From an uncultured Gammaproteobacteria bacterium (GTDB lineage: Bacteria > Pseudomonadota > Gammaproteobacteria > JACCXJ01): a stretch of 64,000 nt of DNA. The notes beneath the pieces are model-generated. The model was given only the letters and a program-made list of their open reading frames with translations. It was not told the DNA's origin and ran no database searches. Of the stretch, positions 9,103-18,029 are shown piece after piece. The position numbers and the translations under genes were made by a program. Where the stretch lies: positions 256,001 through 320,000 of the forward strand of contig CAVXTM010000018.1 of assembly GCA_963764725.1 (NCBI GenBank), written 5' to 3'. Every line of letters starts with the position of its first letter. Position 1 is the stretch's first letter.

Positions 9103-10481
9103 GAGGTACCATCAAAGGGTGTGTAAAAAGGTGAAGGCGATGTACCCTTTCTGTAGTAATTAACAAAGAACGGGCTGGCAGGCCCGAGAGAAAGGAGCAC
9201 ACCGCCATGAAGAAGCAAAGCACCGAAGGAGTGGGTAGGTCAAGTGTGGTATGGGAGAATCTCGAGGAATGGGTCCGTGGGCGGATTCAAGGGTATTTGC
9301 AAGATCTGCTCGAAGAGGAAGTCACCGTGTTCTTAGGGCGAGAGAAATCGGAGCGTCGGGCGGAGATAGACGGCCCGGGCGGGTACCGCAATGGGTATGG
9401 GAAGGTACGGAAGTTGGGCCTCAGCTGTGGGACGGTGGAGCTTGCGAGGCCGCGGGTGCGAGGGGTGGAGGAGCGCTTTGAGAGCAGGTTGTTGCCTTTA
9501 TTTGTCCGCCGCACGGAGACGGTGGCGGAGTTACTTCCCACGTTGTATCTCCATGGGTTATCCCTGGGCGACTTTGAGCTTGCGCTGCGGGGGCTGCTCG
9601 GGGATGGGGCGCCGCTTTCGGGGGGTTCGGTGGCGCGGCTGAAAGCGAAGTGGGCGGGGGAATATGCGCTTTGGAATCAACGGCCTCTCGCGGAGTTGGG
9701 GGTCGTTTATTTGTGGGTAGACGGGGTGTATGTCAAGGCGGGATTGGAGAAGGAGAAGGCCGCGCTCTTAGTGGTCGTGGCGGGCCTGAGCGATGGGCGC
9801 AAGGCCTTTTTAGCCATCACCCCCGGGTTTCGGGAATCCACCGAGAGTTGGTCGGCGGTGTTACGGGATTTGAAGAAACGTGGCCTACGTGCACCGCGCC
9901 TGGTGGTCGGTGATGGACATCTGGGGATTTGGGGTGGACTGGCCGAGGTGTATCCCGAGGCCGAGGAACAGCGCTGTTGGAATCATCGCATTTTAAACCT
10001 CTTGGATAAGCTTCCGAAGAAACGCCAGGCCGAAGCGAAAGCGCTGCTCTGTCCGATCCCCTATGCCCCTACCCGCCAAGAAGCGGAGAAGGCCAAAGCG
10101 ACCTTCCAACGCTGGTGCCGTCAACAAGGCTTCCAAGCCGCCGCTGAGCTTCTCGATCACGACTGGGAGCGCATGGTGGCGTTCTACCGCTATCCCAAAG
10201 AACACTGGATCCACTTGCGAACCACCAATCCGATCGAATCGCCCTTCGCCGCTGTGCGGCTACGTACCAATGCGGCCAAGCGGTTCAAGAAAGTCGATAA
10301 CGCCACCGCCCTGATCTGGAAAATCATGATGGTCGCTGAAACGACTTTCCGCCGGCTCAACGCCACCGAGCTACTGAAAGACATCTATAACGGCGTCGCA
10401 TTCGCCGATGGAATACGAACAAATAATGACACCATCAGAAAGGCCGCCTGAACTTATTTACACACCTCTTGACGGAAGCTC
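9103..10481 (+). mobile_element. IS256-family insertion sequence, complete
   Basis: Imperfect terminal IRs GAGGTACCATCAAAGGGTGTGTAAA and GAGCTTCCGTCAAGAGGTGTGTAAA (reverse complement of the right end). 8-bp TSD AAATCGTT at 9095-9102 and 10482-10489. Confidence 0.93.
9207..10451 (+). CDS. IS256-family (Mutator-type) DDE transposase
   Basis: YRNGY, YLWVDGVY, LVVGDGHLG, QRCWNH, RTTNPIES motifs. Confidence 0.93.
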   Translation: MKKQSTEGVGRSSVVWENLEEWVRGRIQGYLQDLLEEEVTVFLGREKSERRAEIDGPGGYRNGYGKVRKLGLSCGTVELARPRVRGVEERFESRLLPLFVRRTETVAELLPTLYLHGLSLGDFELALRGLLGDGAPLSGGSVARLKAKWAGEYALWNQRPLAELGVVYLWVDGVYVKAGLEKEKAALLVVVAGLSDGRKAFLAITPGFRESTESWSAVLRDLKKRGLRAPRLVVGDGHLGIWGGLAEVYPEAEEQRCWNHRILNLLDKLPKKRQAEAKALLCPIPYAPTRQEAEKAKATFQRWCRQQGFQAAAELLDHDWERMVAFYRYPKEHWIHLRTTNPIESPFAAVRLRTNAAKRFKKVDNATALIWKIMMVAETTFRRLNATELLKDIYNGVAFADGIRTNNDTIRKAA

Positions 10482-11527
10482 AAATCGTTACCGGCCTCCC
10501 CGCTGAAGGCCGAGGTGAGTTTGCGTCCCAAGAAGGTGGCGACGTGTTCTGCCTTGAGGGCATGCACGGCGGTACGCACGATGGCTTGATAGAGGGGTTG
10601 GAAATCGGCTTGGCGGTGGAAGATGACATCGGTCGAGAAAGCCAGGGCCAGGGAGTGGCCCTGCTTGGCGCGCCGAGGATGCAACTCCACCTGCATGAAG
10701 CTCCAGTGATAACCAGCGCGAAACTGACCCAAGATAGGACAGAAGCTTTTCGCCCATCGGTCCAAACGCCGATGCAAGCCTTTGGGATCGAGGCTATCGG
10801 CAAGCGCCTGAGCCTGTTGGGGATCGCCGATGGACAAGAAGGCATTATCGGCGCGCTCAAAGGCGATCCCTGTCTTGGTCAGTCGTTGGGCTAACCAGTG
10901 ATGGCCGTTCAAATAGACCTGCAGGCGAAACGGTGCCCAGGTGGGTACTCGGACATAACAGAGCCCGAAGATCTCATCGATGAAATAGAAGTAATAATGC
11001 AAACACTTGCCCGGGGTAGACTTCAAACGGGTCGTATGCTGAAGCTTGTCATGCCAGGGGCGATACGAAGGACAGGCCTCCATCGCCGAGAAGATATGCA
11101 CCAGCCCCGGGTGCTCACCGCGCAAAGCCAAAATCGCTTTGATCCGTTCTTCTTTACGAAACGCCTTGTAATGACGGATGAATTCAATTTCCAACGAAGC
11201 CTCAGCGGCCAGCCGCTCGGCATGGGGTCCGAAGCGCCTCGCGCAGCGGTTCTGCCCAGCGGGGATAGTCAAACAGACGCATACCCCGGACACCCAAATA
11301 CCGGGCCATAGCCTCGGCATGGGCGATCTCCGGAAGCGTGCCAGTGATCACGATGCGGTCAAAGCAACAAAGCACCGCGGCGATCTTCGCTTGATGGCGT
11401 TCAACAAAGGGAGTTCATGGCGACGACCCATCTCAGTTCTTATTGCCCATCCGCCAGAATAGTACATTCAACACTTTGGTTCCGGCTATGCCGGGTTAGG
11501 ATTCTTAGATCGACTGAGACCGACTTT

Positions 11528-13033
11528 TCACACCGGCCGTTTCACCTTGTCGTAGGTATCCATGAAGACACCTTCCGCCTGGTATTTCTGCCTGACGCTG
11601 TCATAGAGGGAGCAGTCGAACATCCGGCGATATTCATCGCGAGTCAGTTCCGATACCGCGTACAGACACTGGTAACCGCCATGCGCTATCGCGAAAGCCT
11701 CCATCCCGCGGACGGCGCGCCGAGAATCGTAGGGCTCGCCGCGTCGAACCGCCCCCGGGGCACCGTAAACACCGACATCCACGAACATCTCCTCGTCGCA
11801 GGCTTCCTGGGACGGCTTCAAGAACCCCTGAGGCTGGGTGCGGAATGTCCGGTGCGGACAAAGCCACAGCGGGTAGCACTCGAAGTTCGTGTGGAAAAAC
11901 TCGATTGTTTCCGTAAGGTGCCTGATCGGCACCAGCATGTCCTGACACACGTGCCGGTCCTCATAATAGGCGCGGATCGACTCGCCCTGGGTAAGTTTTA
12001 GAAAAGAAACCTTGGGCGGCATCATCCATCCGAGGAGGTAACGGAACAGAAGATGATTGCCGAACGGGATGATGAGCTCCCCTTCCCAGAAGATACTGCG
12101 CGTGTGCCGATGGTAGTACTGCCGCAGGGGAATAGACTCCTCGCCGCCGCCTCGCTCCACGAACGACTCGCAGTGTTTGTAAAACCATGGCTTGAACCAC
12201 CAGCCGATGGCATTCACTTTGGAGTGGTCCGGGCCGGCGGCGAAATCGCCGGTCATGATTACACCGGAGTCCCGGCCGTACAGAATGCCCTCGACAAACT
12301 CGGGCGGATCCGGACGGCAAACCTCCCGGGCGAACACCTCGCAGGCCTCGTTGAGGCTATGAACAGGGTGATAACCGAGTCGCACCCAAGGCTTGCAAGG
12401 GATGATGCGCAGCTCCACTGCGACCAGGATGCCCAGCGCCCCGTACGACCAGGGCAGGGCATGGAATAGATCCGCATGGACCTCGCGGGTAGCGCGAACG
12501 AGCGTGGCGTCCCCTATCACCACCTCGCAAGCCTCGACGATATCGGCGAACAGCCCGTACTTGTGGGATGAGCCTTCGATGCCGAATCCCAGGATTAACC
12601 CACTGACCGTTAAATCGTCGAGCTCCGGGACCACCGGCAAGGTCCATCCCTTGGGAACGAGATAACGGGTGAGCTGGCCGATGGTCGCTCCGGGCTCGAC
12701 CCGGAGGATGGCCCGTTCCGTATCGATTGCCAGGATATCGTAGAGATTGACCCGGATGGTGTTGTCGCGGCGCTTGTAGCGGGCGATCCGCATCGAGACG
12801 TTCATCCAGGATTTGCGCGCCGTGCAGAGGGGCTGCCGGCCGCCGGCTGTTCGCCACTGGCGCACCTGTGCTTGGATATCGCGCACGCGCTCCGTGTGCC
12901 CTTCGGGGGCGCTCTTCAAGCCTCGGTAGTACCAGTTCCGGATAGCCCAATAGAGGTCGAACAGCACCGACAGGGGCAAGACTACGAGCACTACGAACAG
13001 CCAGCGATATCGGACTAGTACATCGGTCAGCAA
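11528..13033 (-). CDS. Delta(24)-sterol reductase (DHCR24/DIMINUTO-like FAD oxidoreductase)
   Basis: VVPELDDLTVSGLILGFGIEGSSHKYGLF, ALPWSYGALG, KPWFYKH, YYHRHTRSIFWE, YPLWLCP, YDKV; N-terminal membrane anchor; TTG start. Confidence 0.9.
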   Translation of the reverse strand: MLTDVLVRYRWLFVVLVVLPLSVLFDLYWAIRNWYYRGLKSAPEGHTERVRDIQAQVRQWRTAGGRQPLCTARKSWMNVSMRIARYKRRDNTIRVNLYDILAIDTERAILRVEPGATIGQLTRYLVPKGWTLPVVPELDDLTVSGLILGFGIEGSSHKYGLFADIVEACEVVIGDATLVRATREVHADLFHALPWSYGALGILVAVELRIIPCKPWVRLGYHPVHSLNEACEVFAREVCRPDPPEFVEGILYGRDSGVIMTGDFAAGPDHSKVNAIGWWFKPWFYKHCESFVERGGGEESIPLRQYYHRHTRSIFWEGELIIPFGNHLLFRYLLGWMMPPKVSFLKLTQGESIRAYYEDRHVCQDMLVPIRHLTETIEFFHTNFECYPLWLCPHRTFRTQPQGFLKPSQEACDEEMFVDVGVYGAPGAVRRGEPYDSRRAVRGMEAFAIAHGGYQCLYAVSELTRDEYRRMFDCSLYDSVRQKYQAEGVFMDTYDKVKRPV

Positions 13034-13164
13034 GTGCGTAGGCTCAGCAACTGATTATTCAGTTTTCTCTTGGCGTTTAGTACATTTTCAGCAATGCGAA
13101 AGAATGCTGCAATCACGGTATACACGGAATTAATTAAAAGCCCTGGTCTATATATAATGTTCTC

Positions 13165-15021
13165 ATGACCATATCGAGAACCGCGCTAGTAATGACTGCT
13201 CTTGTGAGCGCTTGCGCGGGCGGTGGGATCGTTTATTTCGGGCTGCGCGCCGCGAGTACCGGGATCGCGGATCCCCTTTCGCCCCCGGTGCGTGATTTCG
13301 CCCTACTCGATCAGGACGGCCGTTTTCATCAGTTGTATCGGCTCACGAACGCCAAGGCGGTCGTACTATATATTCACGGCCTCGGTTGCACCACGGTGCG
13401 CGACAGCCTGCCGGCGCTGAAAGCGCTGCGCGCTACTTACGCCAAACAAGGCGTGGAATTCATGTTGATCAATGCGAACCCGCAGGACGAACGCAAAGCC
13501 TTAAAGATGGAGGCAGCGCGACTCCATCTCGACATTCCCATCTTAAAGGACGAGGCGCAACTCGTGATCCAGTCCCTGCAAGCTGAGCGGACCGGCGAGG
13601 CGATCCTGATCGATACCAAGACGTGGGCCATTCGTTACCGGGGGCCGATCGATGATCGCATGCATTACGGCTCACAACGGCCCGCAGCGACGCGACACTA
13701 TCTCAATGATGCGCTCGCCGCGGTGCTCGACAAGGAGACCGTGACGGTCGCTCAAGCGCCGGTCGTCGGCTGTGTGCTCAACATCGAGCCGCATGGGCAC
13801 GCGCTCTCCTACACGGGCGACGTCGTACCCATACTCCGCGACCGGTGCATAGACTGTCATCGCGCGGGAGGCGTCGGTCCCTGGGCGATGGACCGCTACG
13901 AGACTCTGCGTGGTTGGTCGCCGATGATGCGCGAGGTCATCATGACCAAGCGCATGCCGCCCTGGCAGGCGGATCCGGCGGTCGGCGAGCTCTTAGCGGA
14001 CCGATCCCTGCGTACCGAGGAACAAAAGACTTTGGTGCGGTGGATCGATGCCGGCGCGCCGCGCGGCGACGGGGCGGACCCCCTGGTTGCACAGCCACCC
14101 GAGGGTGTGCAAGACTGGCCGCTGGGAAAACCTGATCTGGTAATCAAACTTCCCGAGCAGAAGCTGCCCGCGCAGGGCGTTCTGCCCTACCGCTGGTTCA
14201 AGATCCCGGGGCCGATCGACAAGGATCGTTGGGTACGCGCGGTGCACCTCAAACCCAGTAACACCGCCGTCATGCACCACGGGTTCGTGATGGTCCAGTA
14301 TCCCGCGCGGCACAAAGATCGCGAGCCCGCGTGGTTAGAAGGCCGAAACGGGTTCTTTGCCGCCTATGTTCCCGGCTTGGATGTGCAACCGATGCCGAAA
14401 GATTCGGGTCAGTGGTTACCCGCAGGATCGACCTTGGTGTTCCAAATCCATTACATCACCATCGGCGCGCCGGCATCGGATCGGCCGGTATTGGGCCTCT
14501 ATTTCCACCGCGCGCCCCCGCCGAGGGAATACGCGGTCGCCAGCGCCTCGAACAGGGACCTGCGCATCCCGCCCTTCGCCGCGAATCACATCGAAATCGC
14601 GGAGACGACCTTCAGCGAGCGCGTGATGCTCTACGGCTTGTATCCCCATATGCACTATCGCGGACGGCACTTCGATTACGTGGCTCATTTCCCGGACGGC
14701 CGGTCGCAGCGGTTGCTGTCGGTACCGAATTATTCGTTCGGCTGGCAGACGCTCTATCGTCTCAAAAAACCGCGGGAGATCCCGGCCGGAACACGGATCG
14801 TCGCGCGCGCGGAATTCGATAATTCAGAGCAGAATCCCGTCAACCCGGACCCCGCACAAGAGGTGCGGTGGGGGCTCGATAGCGATGATGAAATGCTCGT
14901 CGGCTACCTCATGTACACCCGTGAGCGCGATGATTTTCCTCGACGCCTCAACGATATGGCAAGTAGCGCCGCAGGGCGTAGATCGGTTTCTCATACCAAT
15001 GCCAGATCGCAGTTGCCATGA
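13165..15021 (+). CDS. Exported redoxin + c-type heme + copper type II monooxygenase-like protein
   Basis: N-terminal TM/signal, thioredoxin-like domain (DFALLDQDG), CIDCH heme motif, and PHM-like metal ligands MHHG, QIHY, PHMHYRG, DEM. Confidence 0.7.
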   Translation: MTISRTALVMTALVSACAGGGIVYFGLRAASTGIADPLSPPVRDFALLDQDGRFHQLYRLTNAKAVVLYIHGLGCTTVRDSLPALKALRATYAKQGVEFMLINANPQDERKALKMEAARLHLDIPILKDEAQLVIQSLQAERTGEAILIDTKTWAIRYRGPIDDRMHYGSQRPAATRHYLNDALAAVLDKETVTVAQAPVVGCVLNIEPHGHALSYTGDVVPILRDRCIDCHRAGGVGPWAMDRYETLRGWSPMMREVIMTKRMPPWQADPAVGELLADRSLRTEEQKTLVRWIDAGAPRGDGADPLVAQPPEGVQDWPLGKPDLVIKLPEQKLPAQGVLPYRWFKIPGPIDKDRWVRAVHLKPSNTAVMHHGFVMVQYPARHKDREPAWLEGRNGFFAAYVPGLDVQPMPKDSGQWLPAGSTLVFQIHYITIGAPASDRPVLGLYFHRAPPPREYAVASASNRDLRIPPFAANHIEIAETTFSERVMLYGLYPHMHYRGRHFDYVAHFPDGRSQRLLSVPNYSFGWQTLYRLKKPREIPAGTRIVARAEFDNSEQNPVNPDPAQEVRWGLDSDDEMLVGYLMYTRERDDFPRRLNDMASSAAGRRSVSHTNARSQLP

Positions 15022-16003
15022 GGAGTGAAATCGCAAAGCCCCCAGCGACAACGCCGATCTGCTGGGGCAGTGGAAGCTTGAGATCGAGGGAGTTGAACAA
15101 AGTCATGGCGATCAGATGCACGAGATACAGCGTATAGCTCATGGTGCCGAAGTACACCAAAGGTCCGAAGCTTAGCACGCGCACCACGAGGTGGGACTCA
15201 GGCAGCGACCACAAGCCCCAAATGAAGAATCCCATACTCAATGCAATCGGCGTCTGGTAGTGAGAGGTCGAGAATTGTAGAAAGCCGCTTTGGCCCAGCG
15301 AAAACTCGATGCCGATCAAACTCAGTATCGCGATCATCGAGAGGCTCAAGGTCCAGGGCGGGGAGAACCGCGGCAGCCTTTGCTGATACTCGAGCCACGA
15401 GAAAATACATCCCCAGACGAAATATTCCGCGCACACCGGTAAGAGTGTCCCGTAGAACGATTTCGGATAACGAGACATGAACCAGAAACGCGCCGCGATG
15501 CTCATGATCAGCACGGAAAATAACATCGTGGTCCGATAGCGCGGGGGCGTGATGTAAAGGAGCAGCGGATAGACAATATAAAATTGCTCCTCGACGCTCA
15601 AGGACCAGAGATGCATCGATTCATCGCGCCAACCCTGTAAGAACCACTCGTCGAATGCCGCGCTCGGAATCAGGCTCAGGGCAAAGAGTTTGATATTGAA
15701 AAGGTAGGCGAGATAGTACGCCGGGTAGGTGAGTGCTTCCATGCCGATCAATAGCAATACCACGAGATAATAGGCTGGGCATATCCTCAAGATTCTTCGG
15801 GTATAGAAAACCTTGAGCTTGGTAAGCACGCTCGGGTGATCGGCGGACAAAAGCACGTTGGTGATGAGAAAACCGCTCATCACGAAGAAGACGGGTAATG
15901 CATAGCCCAGGTAACCCACGTGAAAAGGGTTCGGCGCGTAATGAGTGGCAAAGACCATCAGGAATAAAACAAAACGCAAGCCGTCGAGCTGGTGTTTTCT
16001 CAT
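14948..16003 (-). CDS. Acyltransferase family 3 (OafA-like) membrane protein
   Basis: LDGLRF, FFVMSGFLIT, FYTRRILRI, HLWSLSVEEQFY, SYTLYLVH, YEKP. Confidence 0.9.
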   Translation of the reverse strand: MRKHQLDGLRFVLFLMVFATHYAPNPFHVGYLGYALPVFFVMSGFLITNVLLSADHPSVLTKLKVFYTRRILRICPAYYLVVLLLIGMEALTYPAYYLAYLFNIKLFALSLIPSAAFDEWFLQGWRDESMHLWSLSVEEQFYIVYPLLLYITPPRYRTTMLFSVLIMSIAARFWFMSRYPKSFYGTLLPVCAEYFVWGCIFSWLEYQQRLPRFSPPWTLSLSMIAILSLIGIEFSLGQSGFLQFSTSHYQTPIALSMGFFIWGLWSLPESHLVVRVLSFGPLVYFGTMSYTLYLVHLIAMTLFNSLDLKLPLPQQIGVVAGGFAISLLMATAIWHWYEKPIYALRRYLPYR

Positions 16004-16301
16004 ATTGATTTCGTCCAGAGTTAGCTACCACAGAGCGCCGCCGGAGCATGATCAACAACACCTACGCTCCAAGGGCGGCCAGGACATGCTTGAGGCTGTG
16101 GCCTCTCAGCCAACCGCTCAGATAATACATCTCGAAGCCAATGTTGGTGATTACATCGCCGAAATGCGGAATTTCAAAGAAGACCCACTGGTCGGCGAAA
16201 TCATGGTAGTTGGGATCCTGCGGGATCGGGTCAATAAATAAGGCGGCGAGTGACGTCAAGGCGCCGGGGGCGATGACAGCCACGATCCGCCAGCGCGACA
16301 T
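16004..16301 (-). pseudogene. Alkaline ceramidase-like membrane protein remnant (internal deletion plus premature stop)
   Basis: The N-terminal motif PIPQDPNYHDFADQ...VITNIGF is joined directly to the C-terminal motif GHSLKHVLAALGA*; the frame continues LLIMLRRR past the TAG at 16062. Confidence 0.6.
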
Positions 16302-16321
16302 CTGCGCCTGGCCGGCATAAA

Positions 16322-16786
16322 TCAGCGTGCTGCTGAAAACTCCGGCACGGGCTCGCCCATCCCAGCTCGCAAGAAGATCAGCGCGCCGGCCCGTGTCGTG
16401 AGTGCAGGGTGGGCGGCGCCCTTGGGCGCAAAGTGATAATCGCCCGCGCGGACGGTGATTTCGCCGAAGGTGATCTCTCCTTCCAGCACCAGGCATTCCT
16501 CATTGGCGGCGTGGAGATGCGGAGGGAGAGTGACACCGGCTTCCAAGCGGGCCAGCAAAGAATTCGCGCGACCGTTTTCATCTCGGTGCAGGATCTTGAA
16601 TCGGATCCCGGGCCCGAAGTCCATCCAACCTTCGGCCGAGCGTATCGTGCGTAGCTGCGTGAGCGGATGCTCGGCACGTACGCGCGCCGTGATCCTCTCG
16701 TGCAAGCCGGCCGGCGGCTGCATCGGGGCTAGCGCATCGGCCCACTGCGTGAATAGCTCGGTATCGAATAGATCTTCGTCATTCAT
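16322..16786 (-). CDS. ChrR-like cupin anti-sigma factor
   Basis: Cupin motif LPPHLHAANEECLVLEGE...GDYHFAPKGAAH; follows the ECF sigma gene. Confidence 0.8.
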   Translation of the reverse strand: MNDEDLFDTELFTQWADALAPMQPPAGLHERITARVRAEHPLTQLRTIRSAEGWMDFGPGIRFKILHRDENGRANSLLARLEAGVTLPPHLHAANEECLVLEGEITFGEITVRAGDYHFAPKGAAHPALTTRAGALIFLRAGMGEPVPEFSAAR

Positions 16787-16789
16787 AAC

Positions 16790-17548
16790 TTACACGACCG
16801 GAGCGCCTTCTTGAGCCGCACCGCAATGTTCCGGCCAAGGCCACATTCCACGGGCCTCTGCGGCCATTAGCTGCTCTTTCATCAGTTGCATTGCCCGCCG
16901 CAAGACCGTCTTCACAGTACCGAGAGGCGTCGCGGTGTAATCCGCGATTTCCTGATGGCTGAACCCCTTAAAATAGCTCAGGACCAACATTTGCCGCTCG
17001 TTCACGCTAAGCGCCTCGAGCGCCGCGCGCACGAGGCTATGCTCCTCAAGGCCGCAGAGGGCATCCAACGGATCGGCGGCTACATCCGCGTCCTCGCACG
17101 GCATCTCGGACGACAGACAGATCTCTGCCGGATTACGGCGGCGTAGCAAATCAATCGCGCGGCTGCGGCAGATCGTGTACAGCCAGGTCATGATCTTTCC
17201 ACGGTTGGGATCGTAGGCGCCGGCGCGTCGCCAAACGTGCAAGTACACGTCTTCCGTGACCTCTTCGGCATCGTTCCGTTGTCCCGTGATACGCAAGGCC
17301 AAAGCAAAAACGCGACCTGCCGTCGCCTCGTAGAGCGCGGAAAGTGCCGCTTCTTCTTTGCCGGCGATACCCGAAAGCAACCCGCGCAAGGCGATCTCTT
17401 GGGTATCGAACTCGATCGTCTCCGAACCGGCGTTCACAGTTGCATTATAACACCCGAACCCACTCTGCGCGCCGGATGCGGCCCGAGAAGGCAGGCGGCC
17501 AGACTGACCGTTGCTGCGCGACGTCCGGTATTCGTCTGCTGCGTTCAC
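16790..17548 (-). CDS. ECF RNA polymerase sigma factor (true start possibly GTG ~17437)
   Basis: DAEEVTEDVYLHVW, WLYTICRSRAIDLLR, region 4 SHQEIADYTATPLGTVKT. Confidence 0.9.
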   Translation of the reverse strand: MNAADEYRTSRSNGQSGRLPSRAASGAQSGFGCYNATVNAGSETIEFDTQEIALRGLLSGIAGKEEAALSALYEATAGRVFALALRITGQRNDAEEVTEDVYLHVWRRAGAYDPNRGKIMTWLYTICRSRAIDLLRRRNPAEICLSSEMPCEDADVAADPLDALCGLEEHSLVRAALEALSVNERQMLVLSYFKGFSHQEIADYTATPLGTVKTVLRRAMQLMKEQLMAAEARGMWPWPEHCGAAQEGAPVV

Positions 17549-17737
17549 TATCCTCAGTACGAGACGGAGGGCATTTTTGGATGTTTCGCGGTGGTTCTCG
17601 ATGGAATTCTCCTCCTACCGCTACGATGGCTCGCATCGCAGGACAGATCGAAGCCCATAGTGGATGGGTTAAACTAGGGCGCGTGAGAATTTCCGCCGAT
17701 GGCCGGGTAGCGATACTAGACAAAAGGGTCCACTAAA

Positions 17738-18004
17738 ATGTCTGAAACAAAGTTACGGGAACATCTCGAAAGGTTGAGGGAACAAGTGAACGATCTCGGT
17801 GCAGGGAAACCCGAATCGATAGAGCGGCTAAACCGGCTTATTACGGACATCGAAAGTCAATTGGAAAATCGAGGTAACCAGACCCAGAATGAGGACCTCA
17901 TCGCCAATGTACAAGGGGCAATCCGGCATTTCGAAGTCGAGCATCCTCGGGCGACGGCGATTTTGAACGACATCATGGTTGCGCTCAGCAATATCGGGAT
18001 TTGA
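17738..18004 (+). CDS. DUF4404-family small helical protein
   Basis: C-terminal FEVEHPRATAILNDIMVALSNIGI signature. Confidence 0.8.
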   Translation: MSETKLREHLERLREQVNDLGAGKPESIERLNRLITDIESQLENRGNQTQNEDLIANVQGAIRHFEVEHPRATAILNDIMVALSNIGI

Positions 18005-18029
18005 GGGAGTGCCCGCCACAATCGGCGGG

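Larger units (their letters stand above)
8423..11499 (-). mobile_element. Degraded putative mobile element encoding a ~500-aa Rep_trans-like/wHTH protein, interrupted by IS256 (boundaries tentative)
   Basis: Fragments ~11418-10482 and 9102-8467 join in frame across the IS (AGNDFHTRIQGTRIRHHMGPASLKLYDK). Frameshifts near 11410 and 11225. Terminal hairpin CCGGC-TAT-GCCGG at 11482-11494; TTAG at both putative ends. Confidence 0.55.
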
